Assembly: GCA_013812695.1 (NCBI GenBank)
Contig: JACCSZ010000180.1
Location: 1 to 38,868, forward strand
Direction of reading: 5' to 3'
Length of the DNA: 38,868 nt
DNA from: Gemmatimonadales bacterium
GTDB taxonomy: Bacteria > Gemmatimonadota > Gemmatimonadetes > Gemmatimonadales > GWC2-71-9
Shown: in pieces, positions 10,066-21,551 of the stretch
Layout: each line of letters opens with the position of its first letter
Numbering within the stretch: position 1 is the stretch's first letter
Made by a program: the position numbers and the translations under genes
The notes under the pieces: model-generated
What the model was told of the DNA's origin: nothing
The model's input: only the letters and a program-made list of their open reading frames with translations
Databases searched by the model: none

Positions 10066-11826
10066 TTGATCGGGAGACTGCTGGGCCGACGCGCGATTCT
10101 CTCGGAGCGCGAGCAGGAGCTCCGCTCGCGTGAGCAGGAGCTGCTCGACCGCCTCGCCACCGCGCTGGCTCGCTTCGGGACCGATGTCGACCCCGACGAC
10201 CTCCGGCGCTTTCGCGACGCCCGCGATCAGCTCACCGGACTCTTCCTCCTCGTCGTCGCCGGCGAGTTCAATTCGGGCAAGTCGAGCTTCATCAACGCCC
10301 TCCTGGGCGAGCGCGTGCTGCCCGAGGGCGTCACGCCCACCACCGACCGCATCAACCTGCTGCGCTTCGGCCCCGCGGTGTCGGAGCAGCTCCTCGAGGC
10401 GTTCCTGCTCGAACGCACTTACCCGTCGGACCTGCTCCGCGAGATCACGATCGTCGACACCCCGGGCACCAACGCCATCATCCGGCGCCACGAGGAGCTC
10501 ACCCGCGATTTCATCCCCCGCGCCGACCTCGTGCTCTTCGTCACCAGCGCGGACCGGCCGTTCACCGAGAGTGAGCGCGGGTTCCTGGAACAGATCCGCG
10601 AGTGGGGCAAGAAGATCGTGTTCGTGGTCAACAAGATCGACATCCTGACACGCCCCGAGGACCGGCAGCAGGTGCTCGATTTCGTGCGCCAGCACGCGCA
10701 GGCCCTGCTCGGCGAGGAGCCCCGCCTGTTTCCGGTGTCGGCGCGCGACGCGCTGGACGCCCGCACCGCCGGCTCGGCCGACGGCTGGGGCTCGAGCGGC
10801 TTCGGTGCGATGGACGAGTACCTCGTCCGGACGCTCGACCAGGAGGAGCGCGTCCGGCTCAAGCTCCTCAACCCGCTCAACGTCGGCCTCAAGCTCTCGG
10901 CCAAGTACAAGGATGTGGCGTTCCAGCGGCTCAAGCTCCTCACGCAGGACGTCGAGACCATCCAGAGCATCGACCGCCAGCTCGCGCTGGTGCACGACGA
11001 GCTGGTGCGCGACGTGGAGCCGAGGCTCGCGCGCCTGGATGTGCTGCTGTCGGACATGGAGCGCCGGGGGCACGGGTTCTTCGAGGAGACCATCCGGATC
11101 GGCCGGATCCGCACCCTGATGGACAGCGAGGGCGTGCGCCGCGCGTTCGAGCGCGAGGTCATCGGCGACACCGCCGCGCAGATCGAGGTGGAGACCGGGC
11201 GGATCATCGACTGGATCGTCGAGCGGAACCTCAAGGCCTGGCAGGACGTGAGCGGGTACATCGACCGGCGGCAGATCGACCGGCACCGCGAGGGGATGGT
11301 CGGTGAGGTCGGCACGAGCTTCACGTACAACCGCCAGGCCCTGCTCGACTCGATCGGCCGGGTGGCGCGCGAGGTGATCGGGACGTACGACCGCGAGGCC
11401 GAAGCGCGGGCCATCGCCAACGACGTGCAGGGAGCGTTCGCCACCACCGCGCTGGCGCAGGTCGGCGCGCTCGGCCTGGGGACGCTGGTGGTCACGCTGC
11501 TCACCGGCGCCGCCGCCGACGTGACGGGACTGCTCCTGGCCAGCGCGCTCGCGGTCAGCGGCTTCTACGTGATCCCGCGCCGCCGCCGCCAGGCGCAGCG
11601 CGAGTTCGCCGGCCGCATCGCCGATCTCAGGCGCCGCCTCCGCGACGGGCTGACCCGGCAGGTGCACCTCGAGATCGCCCAGTCGACCGAGCGGATCAAC
11701 GAAGCGATCGCGCCGTACCGGCGGTTCGTCCAGAGCACTCAGCAGGAGCTGACTGACGCGCGCGGCGAGCTGGTGGCCACCGAGGACTCGCTGCTCCGGC
11801 TCCGCACCGAGATCGAGCGCCCATGA
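10066..11826 (+). CDS. Bacterial dynamin-like GTPase (mitofusin/FZL-like) with C-terminal hydrophobic hairpin
   Basis: SD GGAGG then TTG start. G1 GEFNSGKS, G2 PTT, G3 DTPG, G4 NKID. Long helical stalk, two hydrophobic segments ending in IPRRRR, then a C-terminal coiled coil. Confidence 0.9.
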   Translation: MIGRLLGRRAILSEREQELRSREQELLDRLATALARFGTDVDPDDLRRFRDARDQLTGLFLLVVAGEFNSGKSSFINALLGERVLPEGVTPTTDRINLLRFGPAVSEQLLEAFLLERTYPSDLLREITIVDTPGTNAIIRRHEELTRDFIPRADLVLFVTSADRPFTESERGFLEQIREWGKKIVFVVNKIDILTRPEDRQQVLDFVRQHAQALLGEEPRLFPVSARDALDARTAGSADGWGSSGFGAMDEYLVRTLDQEERVRLKLLNPLNVGLKLSAKYKDVAFQRLKLLTQDVETIQSIDRQLALVHDELVRDVEPRLARLDVLLSDMERRGHGFFEETIRIGRIRTLMDSEGVRRAFEREVIGDTAAQIEVETGRIIDWIVERNLKAWQDVSGYIDRRQIDRHREGMVGEVGTSFTYNRQALLDSIGRVAREVIGTYDREAEARAIANDVQGAFATTALAQVGALGLGTLVVTLLTGAAADVTGLLLASALAVSGFYVIPRRRRQAQREFAGRIADLRRRLRDGLTRQVHLEIAQSTERINEAIAPYRRFVQSTQQELTDARGELVATEDSLLRLRTEIERP

Positions 11827-12593
11827 CGGGGCGATACCCGGCGCCGCCCAGCCGCACCGCCGCGCGCCTGTTCGACCGCTACATCCGCGGGCAGGTGCGT
11901 CGGTGCTTCACGGGCGTGCACTGGGCGGCCCGCGGACGGCCCGAGCGGTGGGACCGCGAGCTGCCGACGCTGTTCCTGGCCAACCACACCAACTGGTGGG
12001 ACGGCTTCCTGGCCTGTCTGCTGACCGGCCGCCTGGGACTGCGCTTTCAAGTACTGATGGAGGCGCAGCATCTGGCCCGGTATCCGATCTTTCTCCGTGT
12101 GGGCGCGCTGCCGATGCGCCGTCGCCGACCGCGCGAGGCCTATGAGGATCTGACCGCCGCCGCCGCCTACCTCGAGCCCGGCGTCGCGCTCTGGGTCTTC
12201 CCCCAGGGGGAGCGCCGGCCGCCGCGCGAGCCGCTGGCCGGCTGCGAGCGCGGCGCCGCGCACCTGGCGCTCCGGGCGGGGCGATCGATCCGGGTGTGCC
12301 CCGTGGCCTTTCGCTATGCATTCGTCGGCGAGCAGCTCCCCGACGCGTTTCTCCTCGTGGGCGACGAATGGCTGTGCGAGCCGGGCGCCCGCACTGAACG
12401 CGGACCGTTGATGACGGACATGGAAAGCCGCCTCGCCGCGACGGTGTCCGCGCTCGATGGGCTGCTCGACCAGGAACGGCTCGACGACTTCCGCCCGCTC
12501 GCCGACGGCAAGCTGTCGGTCAACAAGCGGCTGGACCGCTTTCGCCACGCCATCGGGCTGCTGCGGGGGCCGTTCGAGGCGCGGAATGGATGA
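11823..12593 (+). CDS. PlsC-superfamily acyltransferase, CruD-like (putative carotenoid-glycoside acyltransferase)
   Basis: Catalytic H-x4-D in ANHTNWWDGF, plus LWVFPQGE block. ATGA overlap with the dynamin gene; lies in a crt cluster. Substrate is inferred. Confidence 0.75.
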   Translation: MTGRYPAPPSRTAARLFDRYIRGQVRRCFTGVHWAARGRPERWDRELPTLFLANHTNWWDGFLACLLTGRLGLRFQVLMEAQHLARYPIFLRVGALPMRRRRPREAYEDLTAAAAYLEPGVALWVFPQGERRPPREPLAGCERGAAHLALRAGRSIRVCPVAFRYAFVGEQLPDAFLLVGDEWLCEPGARTERGPLMTDMESRLAATVSALDGLLDQERLDDFRPLADGKLSVNKRLDRFRHAIGLLRGPFEARNG

Positions 12594-13038
12594 GCTTGCG
12601 GTGCTCCGGACACTCCACGTGGCGGGTGCCGTGCTGCTGATCGGCAACGTGACCGTGACCGGGTTCTGGGCCACCTTTCTGTATCGCGAGCGAGCGACGG
12701 TGCCGTTCCGCCCGGTGGCGCGCGCCATCATGTGGGCCGACGTCGTCTTCACCCTCCTTGGCGGCACCCTGCTGACCATCAGCGGCATCCTGCTGGCCAT
12801 GCGGCGCGGGTATCCCGTGCTGGAGACCGCCTGGCTCATCCGCGGGATCGCGGCACTCGCGCTGTCGACGCTGCTCTGGCTGATCTTCCTGCTGCCCGAT
12901 CAATGGCGACTGGAGCGGGTCCGCCCGGATGACGACCGCGCGCTCCGGCGACTGTTCCTGCGATGGAGCGCGGTCGGGTGGGCGGCCACGGCCATCCTGT
13001 TTTACGGGCTGTGGTGCATGGTCGCGAAGCACACCTGA
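12586..13038 (+). CDS. DUF2269-like 4-TM integral membrane protein
   Basis: MDELAVLRTLHVAGAVLLIGN..., ADVVFTL, W-rich last helix ending MVAK. Overlaps the acyltransferase stop by 8 bp. Confidence 0.7.
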   Translation: MDELAVLRTLHVAGAVLLIGNVTVTGFWATFLYRERATVPFRPVARAIMWADVVFTLLGGTLLTISGILLAMRRGYPVLETAWLIRGIAALALSTLLWLIFLLPDQWRLERVRPDDDRALRRLFLRWSAVGWAATAILFYGLWCMVAKHT

Positions 13039-13058
13039 CGTTCCTCCTCGACCTTCGT

Positions 13059-13565
13059 TCACGCCGCGCTCGCCGCCGATGATCGGGATCGTGGCGCGCG
13101 GCGCCCGAGGGCCCCTGTGGCGTCCGGCGCCGACCGCCGTAGGGCGAACGCGCCGTCACCCACCCCGGCCTGCACGAGGAGTGCGGCGATCAGGAAGGCG
13201 ACATACTCCCAGCCGCCCTCCGGGGCGGTAAAGCTCCACCCGTTTGGCCAGTGGACCGTGAGGGCTCCGAGCATGACCGGTACGAGTGCGAGGGCCACCC
13301 AACGGGGCCAGGCCCCTGCGATCAGCGCGAGCCCGCCGAGGAGCTCCGCCGCGAACACCGGGTACGCGGTCCACCCGGGAAATCCGTGCGCGGCGAAGAA
13401 AGCGACGGTGCCGGGCAGCGTGAATACCAGGAGCTTGAGGAGCGCATGGGCGATGAAGACGGCGCCCAGCGCGAAGCGGAACGCGAACACTGCATAGGGT
13501 GCCGTCCGGAGGTCGATCGAGACGGAGGACGGTCGTGCCTCGGGGCGGTCGGGCGAGTACAGCAT
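13059..13565 (-). CDS. DoxX family membrane protein
   Basis: SD GGAGGG before ATG 13565. FRFALGAVFIAHALLKL, AELLGGLALIAG, HWPNGWSFTAPEGGWEY, GDGAFAL. Confidence 0.85.
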   Translation of the reverse strand: MLYSPDRPEARPSSVSIDLRTAPYAVFAFRFALGAVFIAHALLKLLVFTLPGTVAFFAAHGFPGWTAYPVFAAELLGGLALIAGAWPRWVALALVPVMLGALTVHWPNGWSFTAPEGGWEYVAFLIAALLVQAGVGDGAFALRRSAPDATGALGRRAPRSRSSAASAA

Positions 13566-13674
13566 GGAAGGTTCCCTCCGATAAAAGTTTTCGGCGGCCA
13601 GTGGCATTGCTTGTTTACAGGTAAGTCCTCACAACGACTAATAAACGGACGGGCGAAGCGACCGACCCGCCCCG

Positions 13675-14145
13675 TCACGACGCCGGCGTTCGAGCCAGCA
13701 CGAGAAGTTTGGCCAGCAGCTCCAGTTGCGCCCGACTCATGTGCGCGAGCTGCTCGCGGTGCAAGCGGGGGACGGCTGCGTCCAGCGGTTTCAGCAGCAC
13801 CAGTGCTTTCGCCGTAATCACCGCCACGACGACGCGCCGATCCTGCGCATGCCGGGAACGACGCACGAGCTCGCGCGCCTCGAGCCTATCGAGGAGACGC
13901 GTCACGTCCGGGTCGCGGTTGACCATGCGCTCGCCCACCTCACCACAGGTGGCCCCCTGTGGCCCCGCACCGCGAAGTATGCGCAGCACGTTGTACTGCG
14001 CGAACGTCAACTCCGTGGCCCGCAACGCCTGGGCCTCGCGCTGGAGCAACACATCGCCCGTGCGCAGGACATTGAGGAACACCTCTTCCTCGAGGTTGGC
14101 GAACGGCTTGCGCTGCTGAAGATCCCGGGCAAGTGCGGTCGGCAT
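13675..14145 (-). CDS. MarR family transcriptional regulator
   Basis: LTFAQYNVLRILRGAG, DVTRLLDRLEARELVRR, QDRRVV wing motif. Confidence 0.9.
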   Translation of the reverse strand: MPTALARDLQQRKPFANLEEEVFLNVLRTGDVLLQREAQALRATELTFAQYNVLRILRGAGPQGATCGEVGERMVNRDPDVTRLLDRLEARELVRRSRHAQDRRVVVAVITAKALVLLKPLDAAVPRLHREQLAHMSRAQLELLAKLLVLARTPAS

Positions 14146-14152
14146 ACCTGGG

Positions 14153-14181
14153 AAGTTATCTGTCACAACGAATGTCGTCAA
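14153..14181 (-). promoter_or_regulatory. Sigma70-type promoter of marR, probably leaderless
   Basis: Minus strand reads TTGACG-17 nt-TAACTT, 7 nt before ATG 14145, with no strong SD. Confidence 0.6.
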
Positions 14182-14320
14182 GAGGAGCAAGTGCCAGCAT
14201 CGCCAGGGCCTCCCGGGAGTGCCCAGCTCGTGCGTGGGGCACGCAATCGCTCAGCTTGGACGGACGCCGAACTATGTCGCTCGCGGAGGCTTCGGGCGAG
14301 ATTGGAGAGGGAGGAATCGG

Positions 14321-14944
14321 ATGGAATCGACCGAAGAACGCCAGAGCGGCCGCGGCCGGGACCGCGCCCGCCGCGGTGCCAGACCCTGGCTTGGAGCCTT
14401 CGTCGCCATCGTCGTGGTGCCGATCCTGATCGGGGCGGGTGTGGTGCTGGTGGCGGGGCGCGGGGTGGCGTTCGAGGCTATCCGCCGGCTGACCGCGCAC
14501 AAATTTCCCGACGTGCAGTGGATCGAGGCCGCCGAGCTGGCACGCTGGCGCGAGGATCCCGGGCGGACGCAGCCGCTGGTGCTGGATGCCCGTACCGCGG
14601 TGGAATACCGCGTGAGCCATCTCCGGGACGCCGTGCACCTCGATCCCCACCGGCCCAGCCTGCACCCGCTCCGAGGGCGCGCGAAGAACGATCCGCTGGT
14701 CCTCTACTGCTCCGTCGGCTACCGGAGCGCGCGCGTGGCGCACTGGCTTGCGGCGCAGGGCTACACCAACGTGTGGAATCTCTCGGGCAGCCTCTTTCAA
14801 TGGGCCAACGAGGACCGCCCGGTCTTTCGGGAAGGGCGCCCCGCGCTCCAAGTCCATCCGTACGACCGTCGGTGGGGACTGCTGCTCGAGTCGCGGTACC
14901 GGGCCTCCGTGCCAGAGGTAGAGACTCCGTTCGCGGCTCCCTGA
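14321..14944 (+). CDS. Membrane-anchored rhodanese-like domain protein
   Basis: SD GGAGG, an N-terminal TM helix, VLDART..EY.VSHL, active-site LYCSVGYRS, NLSGSLFQW. Confidence 0.85.
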   Translation: MESTEERQSGRGRDRARRGARPWLGAFVAIVVVPILIGAGVVLVAGRGVAFEAIRRLTAHKFPDVQWIEAAELARWREDPGRTQPLVLDARTAVEYRVSHLRDAVHLDPHRPSLHPLRGRAKNDPLVLYCSVGYRSARVAHWLAAQGYTNVWNLSGSLFQWANEDRPVFREGRPALQVHPYDRRWGLLLESRYRASVPEVETPFAAP

Positions 14945-15003
14945 ACGCCCCACCCTCGAATCCCCGATAAAGGCTCCACGCGGAGCCCGATCCTGAAGCC
15001 GGC

Positions 15004-15033
15004 CTGTCATTGTGGCGCTAATCTTGCTATGTT
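15004..15033 (+). promoter_or_regulatory. Putative extended -10 promoter upstream of the HNH gene
   Basis: TG-C-TATGTT at 15025-15033, with CTGTCA 18 nt upstream of the hexamer, in a locally AT-richer patch. Confidence 0.4.
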
Positions 15034-15161
15034 CCTAAGGCTCTTGAGGTCTGCGCAGCAGGCCCGCACGTTCACCCTCAATCTGGATCTTTGTGGCACG
15101 TAGATCACGCAGCCGTACCGCCGTTTCCCCTCCCAGTTTTCGCCGGTCACCCGGCCGCTCC

Positions 15162-15479
15162 ATGCAGTCCCACCGCGATTGGCTCCTCGACCTCCACGGT
15201 TCGGTGTGCGCCTATTGCGGTACCGAGACACCCGCCGAGACCATTACGCTGGACCATGTCCGTCCCCGCCGTGGGCAGACCGCCTACGACCGTCCGGACA
15301 ACCTGGTCCTCGCGTGCCGGGTGTGTAACGCGGCCAAAGCGGATACGCCGCTGGTCGCCTTCCTGATGCAGAAGCGCGCGCGTGGCGTGTACCTCCTGCA
15401 CTACGGAGATCATCTCTCGGATCCACTCAAGGAGCTGGCCCGTCAGGCGTCCGAACGGCCGATGCTGCCGAAGGACTGA
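15162..15479 (+). CDS. Small stand-alone HNH endonuclease-fold protein (McrA-like, zinc-binding)
   Basis: CAYC...TLDHVRP...DNLVLACRVCNAAK pattern; 105 aa from ATG 15162. Confidence 0.85.
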   Translation: MQSHRDWLLDLHGSVCAYCGTETPAETITLDHVRPRRGQTAYDRPDNLVLACRVCNAAKADTPLVAFLMQKRARGVYLLHYGDHLSDPLKELARQASERPMLPKD

Positions 15480-15504
15480 TCAGCAAGACGGAGACGGAGC
15501 GATG

Positions 15505-15533
15505 AAGGGCGGCCGAGAACGGCCGCCCTTTTT
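15505..15533 (+). terminator. Intrinsic terminator after the HNH gene
   Basis: AAGGGCGGCCG-AGAA-CGGCCGCCCTT followed by TTT. Confidence 0.85.
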
Positions 15534-15593
15534 GCGTGTGGTGGGCGGGGATCACAGACACTAGGCCGGGTGGATTGCATGATGGGCCGGTCG

Positions 15594-15661
15594 TGTCATC
15601 CTGAGCGCAGCGAAGGAGGCATACTTCGGGTCATGCCTCCTTCGCTCCGCTCAGGATGACA
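15594..15661. repeat. REP-like palindromic element, copy 2
   Basis: TGTCATCCTGAGCGCAGCGAAGGAGGCAT...ATGCCTCCTTCGCTCCGCTCAGGATGACA, followed by two more GATGACA end fragments up to about 15690. Confidence 0.88.
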
Positions 15662-15713
15662 ACCAAGGATGACAAGACCTGAGATGACACCACCCCACTC
15701 AGCGAGGACACCG

Positions 15714-16220
15714 ATGCGACATCGCAGACGGCACACCATAGGCGCAGATCTGATCAAGGGCGCGATCGCCGGTGCGGTCGCGACCTGGGTGATGGGCAAG
15801 GTGACCGACACCATGTACGAGCGCGAGAACCGGAAAGCCAGGCGGCAGGAGGACGAGGCGCGCGGGGGGAAGTCGGCGTACGGGGTGGCCGCGGAAAAGA
15901 CGGCGCGTGCGCTGGGATCGCCCTTGCGGGGGAAGCAGGGGGAACAGCTGGGCGCCGGACTGCATTGGGCGCTCGGGATCGGCGCCGGCGCCGCTTACGC
16001 CGTGGCTCGCCGCCGCTTCGAATCGGTCGGCCGCGCCGCCGGCTTCGGATTCGGCACGGCGTTCTGGGCGCTTGTGGACGAAGGAGTGGTGCCGGCGCTC
16101 GGACTGACGCCCGGACCACGGGCGTTCCCCTGGCAGGCCCATGCGCGCGGGCTGGCCGGCCACCTGACGTTCGGCACGGTCACGGACGGGACGCTGCGGC
16201 TGCTCGACGCGATCGCCTAG
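15714..16220 (+). CDS. DUF1440-like membrane protein
   Basis: SD GAGGA. KGAIAGAVATWVM, LHWALGIGAGAAYA, FWALVDEGVVPALGL, HARGLAGHLTFG. Confidence 0.7.
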   Translation: MRHRRRHTIGADLIKGAIAGAVATWVMGKVTDTMYERENRKARRQEDEARGGKSAYGVAAEKTARALGSPLRGKQGEQLGAGLHWALGIGAGAAYAVARRRFESVGRAAGFGFGTAFWALVDEGVVPALGLTPGPRAFPWQAHARGLAGHLTFGTVTDGTLRLLDAIA

Positions 16221-16226
16221 CCCGGA

Positions 16227-19961
<3,735 letters not shown>

Positions 19962-20186
19962 CCCGAGGGAAGGGTGCAGCGAAGGGGGCGCCGGCGCGGC
20001 CGGCGCCCCAGGATTGGGATGCTGAAAGATAACTGCCGTCCGTGGGGTTGCGAGCGAGATTCGAGCGGGCGTCCAAGCGGCGCGCGCCCGCACGTCTCCT
20101 ACGTGGTTGAGGCGGTTCGGTCTTGCGGAAGCTCATACGGCACGCAAGAATGCGTGTCAGGCCATCCGTTATCCAGGGAGCGTGGC

Positions 20187-20900
20187 ATGCAAAGATCGTG
20201 GAAGTGGACTGCTCGGGCGCTGGGCGTCGCGGCGGCGGTGCTGGCGGTTGGCGGATGCGGCGGCGGGGAGACCGATCCCAGCGTGCCCCCGGCCACCATC
20301 GCCAAGTCGCCCACCAAGAGCGGCGATGCGCAAACCGGTCCGGTGAGCCAGGCGCTGCCGCTCGAGCTGGTCGTGGTGATCACCCGAGAGGGCGAGCCCG
20401 CGCGGGACGTGACGGTCGAATGGGCCACCGCCAATGGCACGATCTCGCCGGCCAGCGATAAGTCCGACGCCGACGGCGAGAGCACCAGCCTCTGGACGCT
20501 CGGCGGCTCGCCGGGGCCGCAGACAGCTACCGCGAGCGTGACGGGGGGGACGGGGTCTCCGGTGACGTTTACGGCGACGGGCACCGGGGGCGGGGGCGGG
20601 GGCGGGGGCGGCACCACCACCATTCAGGTGGGGGCCCCGGGCAACCAGTTCAATCCCGCTTCGGTCACGGTGCTTGTGGGCACCACCGTTACGTGGGATT
20701 GGGCCTCCACGGGCGTCATTCACAACGTCGTCCCAGACGGAGCCACGCCCCCGACGAGCGGGCCGCTGACGGCTGGCCCGAACACCTACGCGTTCACCTT
20801 CAACACCCCCGGCACGTACCGATACTTCTGCCAGGCGCACGGCGCGAGCGGCGGCGTGGGCATGTCGGGCACGGTGATCGTGGAGACCGCACAGCCCTGA
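20187..20900 (+). CDS. Lipoprotein with Ig-like domain, poly-Gly linker and C-terminal cupredoxin (plastocyanin/azurin-like) domain
   Basis: SD AGGGAG, lipobox VGG-C, Ig-like SDADG...WTLG...Q, GGGGGGGG linker. Type-1 Cu ligands HNV and C-x2-H-x7-M (YFCQAHGASGGVGM). Confidence 0.85.
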   Translation: MQRSWKWTARALGVAAAVLAVGGCGGGETDPSVPPATIAKSPTKSGDAQTGPVSQALPLELVVVITREGEPARDVTVEWATANGTISPASDKSDADGESTSLWTLGGSPGPQTATASVTGGTGSPVTFTATGTGGGGGGGGGTTTIQVGAPGNQFNPASVTVLVGTTVTWDWASTGVIHNVVPDGATPPTSGPLTAGPNTYAFTFNTPGTYRYFCQAHGASGGVGMSGTVIVETAQP

Positions 20901-20997
20901 CGCGCGCGTGGGCGGGTGACGACCTCACCTGCCCGCGAACGCCGCGTGCTTCGCCTGTCCATCTTCGAGTTCGCCTCGTCCCACCCCTGTTCCGATG

Positions 20998-21025
20998 AAA
21001 AACCGGCGGTATTTCGTTCGCCGGT
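20998..21025 (-). terminator. Intrinsic terminator on the minus strand
   Basis: Minus strand reads ACCGGCG-10 nt loop-CGCCGG-TTTTT. Confidence 0.6.
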
Positions 21026-21026
21026 C

Positions 21027-21113
21027 TCAGATTCCGAGGCTCCCGGCGAGCCCGATCGGGTCCGCTTGGGTGAGCCGCCCGTTGACGGATCGCGGGACGA
21101 ACAGGGCGTTCAA
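21027..21113 (-). CDS. Candidate small protein (28 aa) MNALFVPRSVNGRLTQADPIGLAGSLGI
   Basis: SD GAAAGGA 4 nt before TTG, mostly G/C-ending codons, stop immediately before the terminator hairpin. No recognised family. Confidence 0.3.
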   Translation of the reverse strand: MNALFVPRSVNGRLTQADPIGLAGSLGI

Positions 21114-21132
21114 GTGGTCCTTTCCCGTCGCG

Positions 21133-21465
21133 TTACCTCACGAAGGTGATGAATCCCGCGGCATTAGTCACCGCCGCGATGTGTCCGCGCTGGCTGAAAG
21201 CGATCCGCCTCGGATTGCCGCCGACGTCGATGCTCTTCGTAAGCGTTCGCGTCTGCAGGGCAAATACCTGGACCAGGCCCGCGCCCGGAATCGTCACATA
21301 GGCTTGGCCGTCATCGGGGGTGACGCCGATGCCGAACGCGCCTCCGCGCAGCGGGATGGATGGCTGCGCCTGCCCGCTCCGCAGGTTGATGTCGTCGAGA
21401 TAGCCGGCTTCGTTTGCGACGTAGAGCCGGGTGCCCTTCCGATTGAGCGCCATCTGCGCCTCAGG
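21133..21465 (-). pseudogene. C-terminal remnant of a YVTN/YncE beta-propeller protein
   Basis: About three propeller blades only (MALNRKGTRLYVANEAG, FGIGVTPDDGQAYVT, GGNPRRIAFS). No signal peptide or SD; the 5' side abuts the TA promoter. Confidence 0.65.
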
Positions 21466-21516
21466 TCGAAATCGCCACGGCCCGGGCGCCAGCAGGCCTG
21501 AGGCCGACGCCAAAAC

Positions 21517-21551
21517 TTGCCAAGATGACCTGTTATGACTATCTTCTGACC
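21517..21551 (+). promoter_or_regulatory. Leaderless TA promoter with phased TGAC direct repeats
   Basis: TTGCCA (21517-22)-17 nt-TATCTT (21540-45)-6 nt-ATG. TGAC occurs at 21526, 21536 and 21547. Confidence 0.65.

Noticed and set aside
15040-15479. IscB/HEARO-type RNA-guided nuclease call for the HNH locus
   Set aside because: The protein is only 105 aa with no RuvC or PLMP-like region and no mobile-element ends; it is kept only as an open question.
20586-20612. GGGGGC tandem repeat as a contingency locus
   Set aside because: It is an in-frame hexamer encoding the poly-Gly linker, so unit changes would not shift frame.
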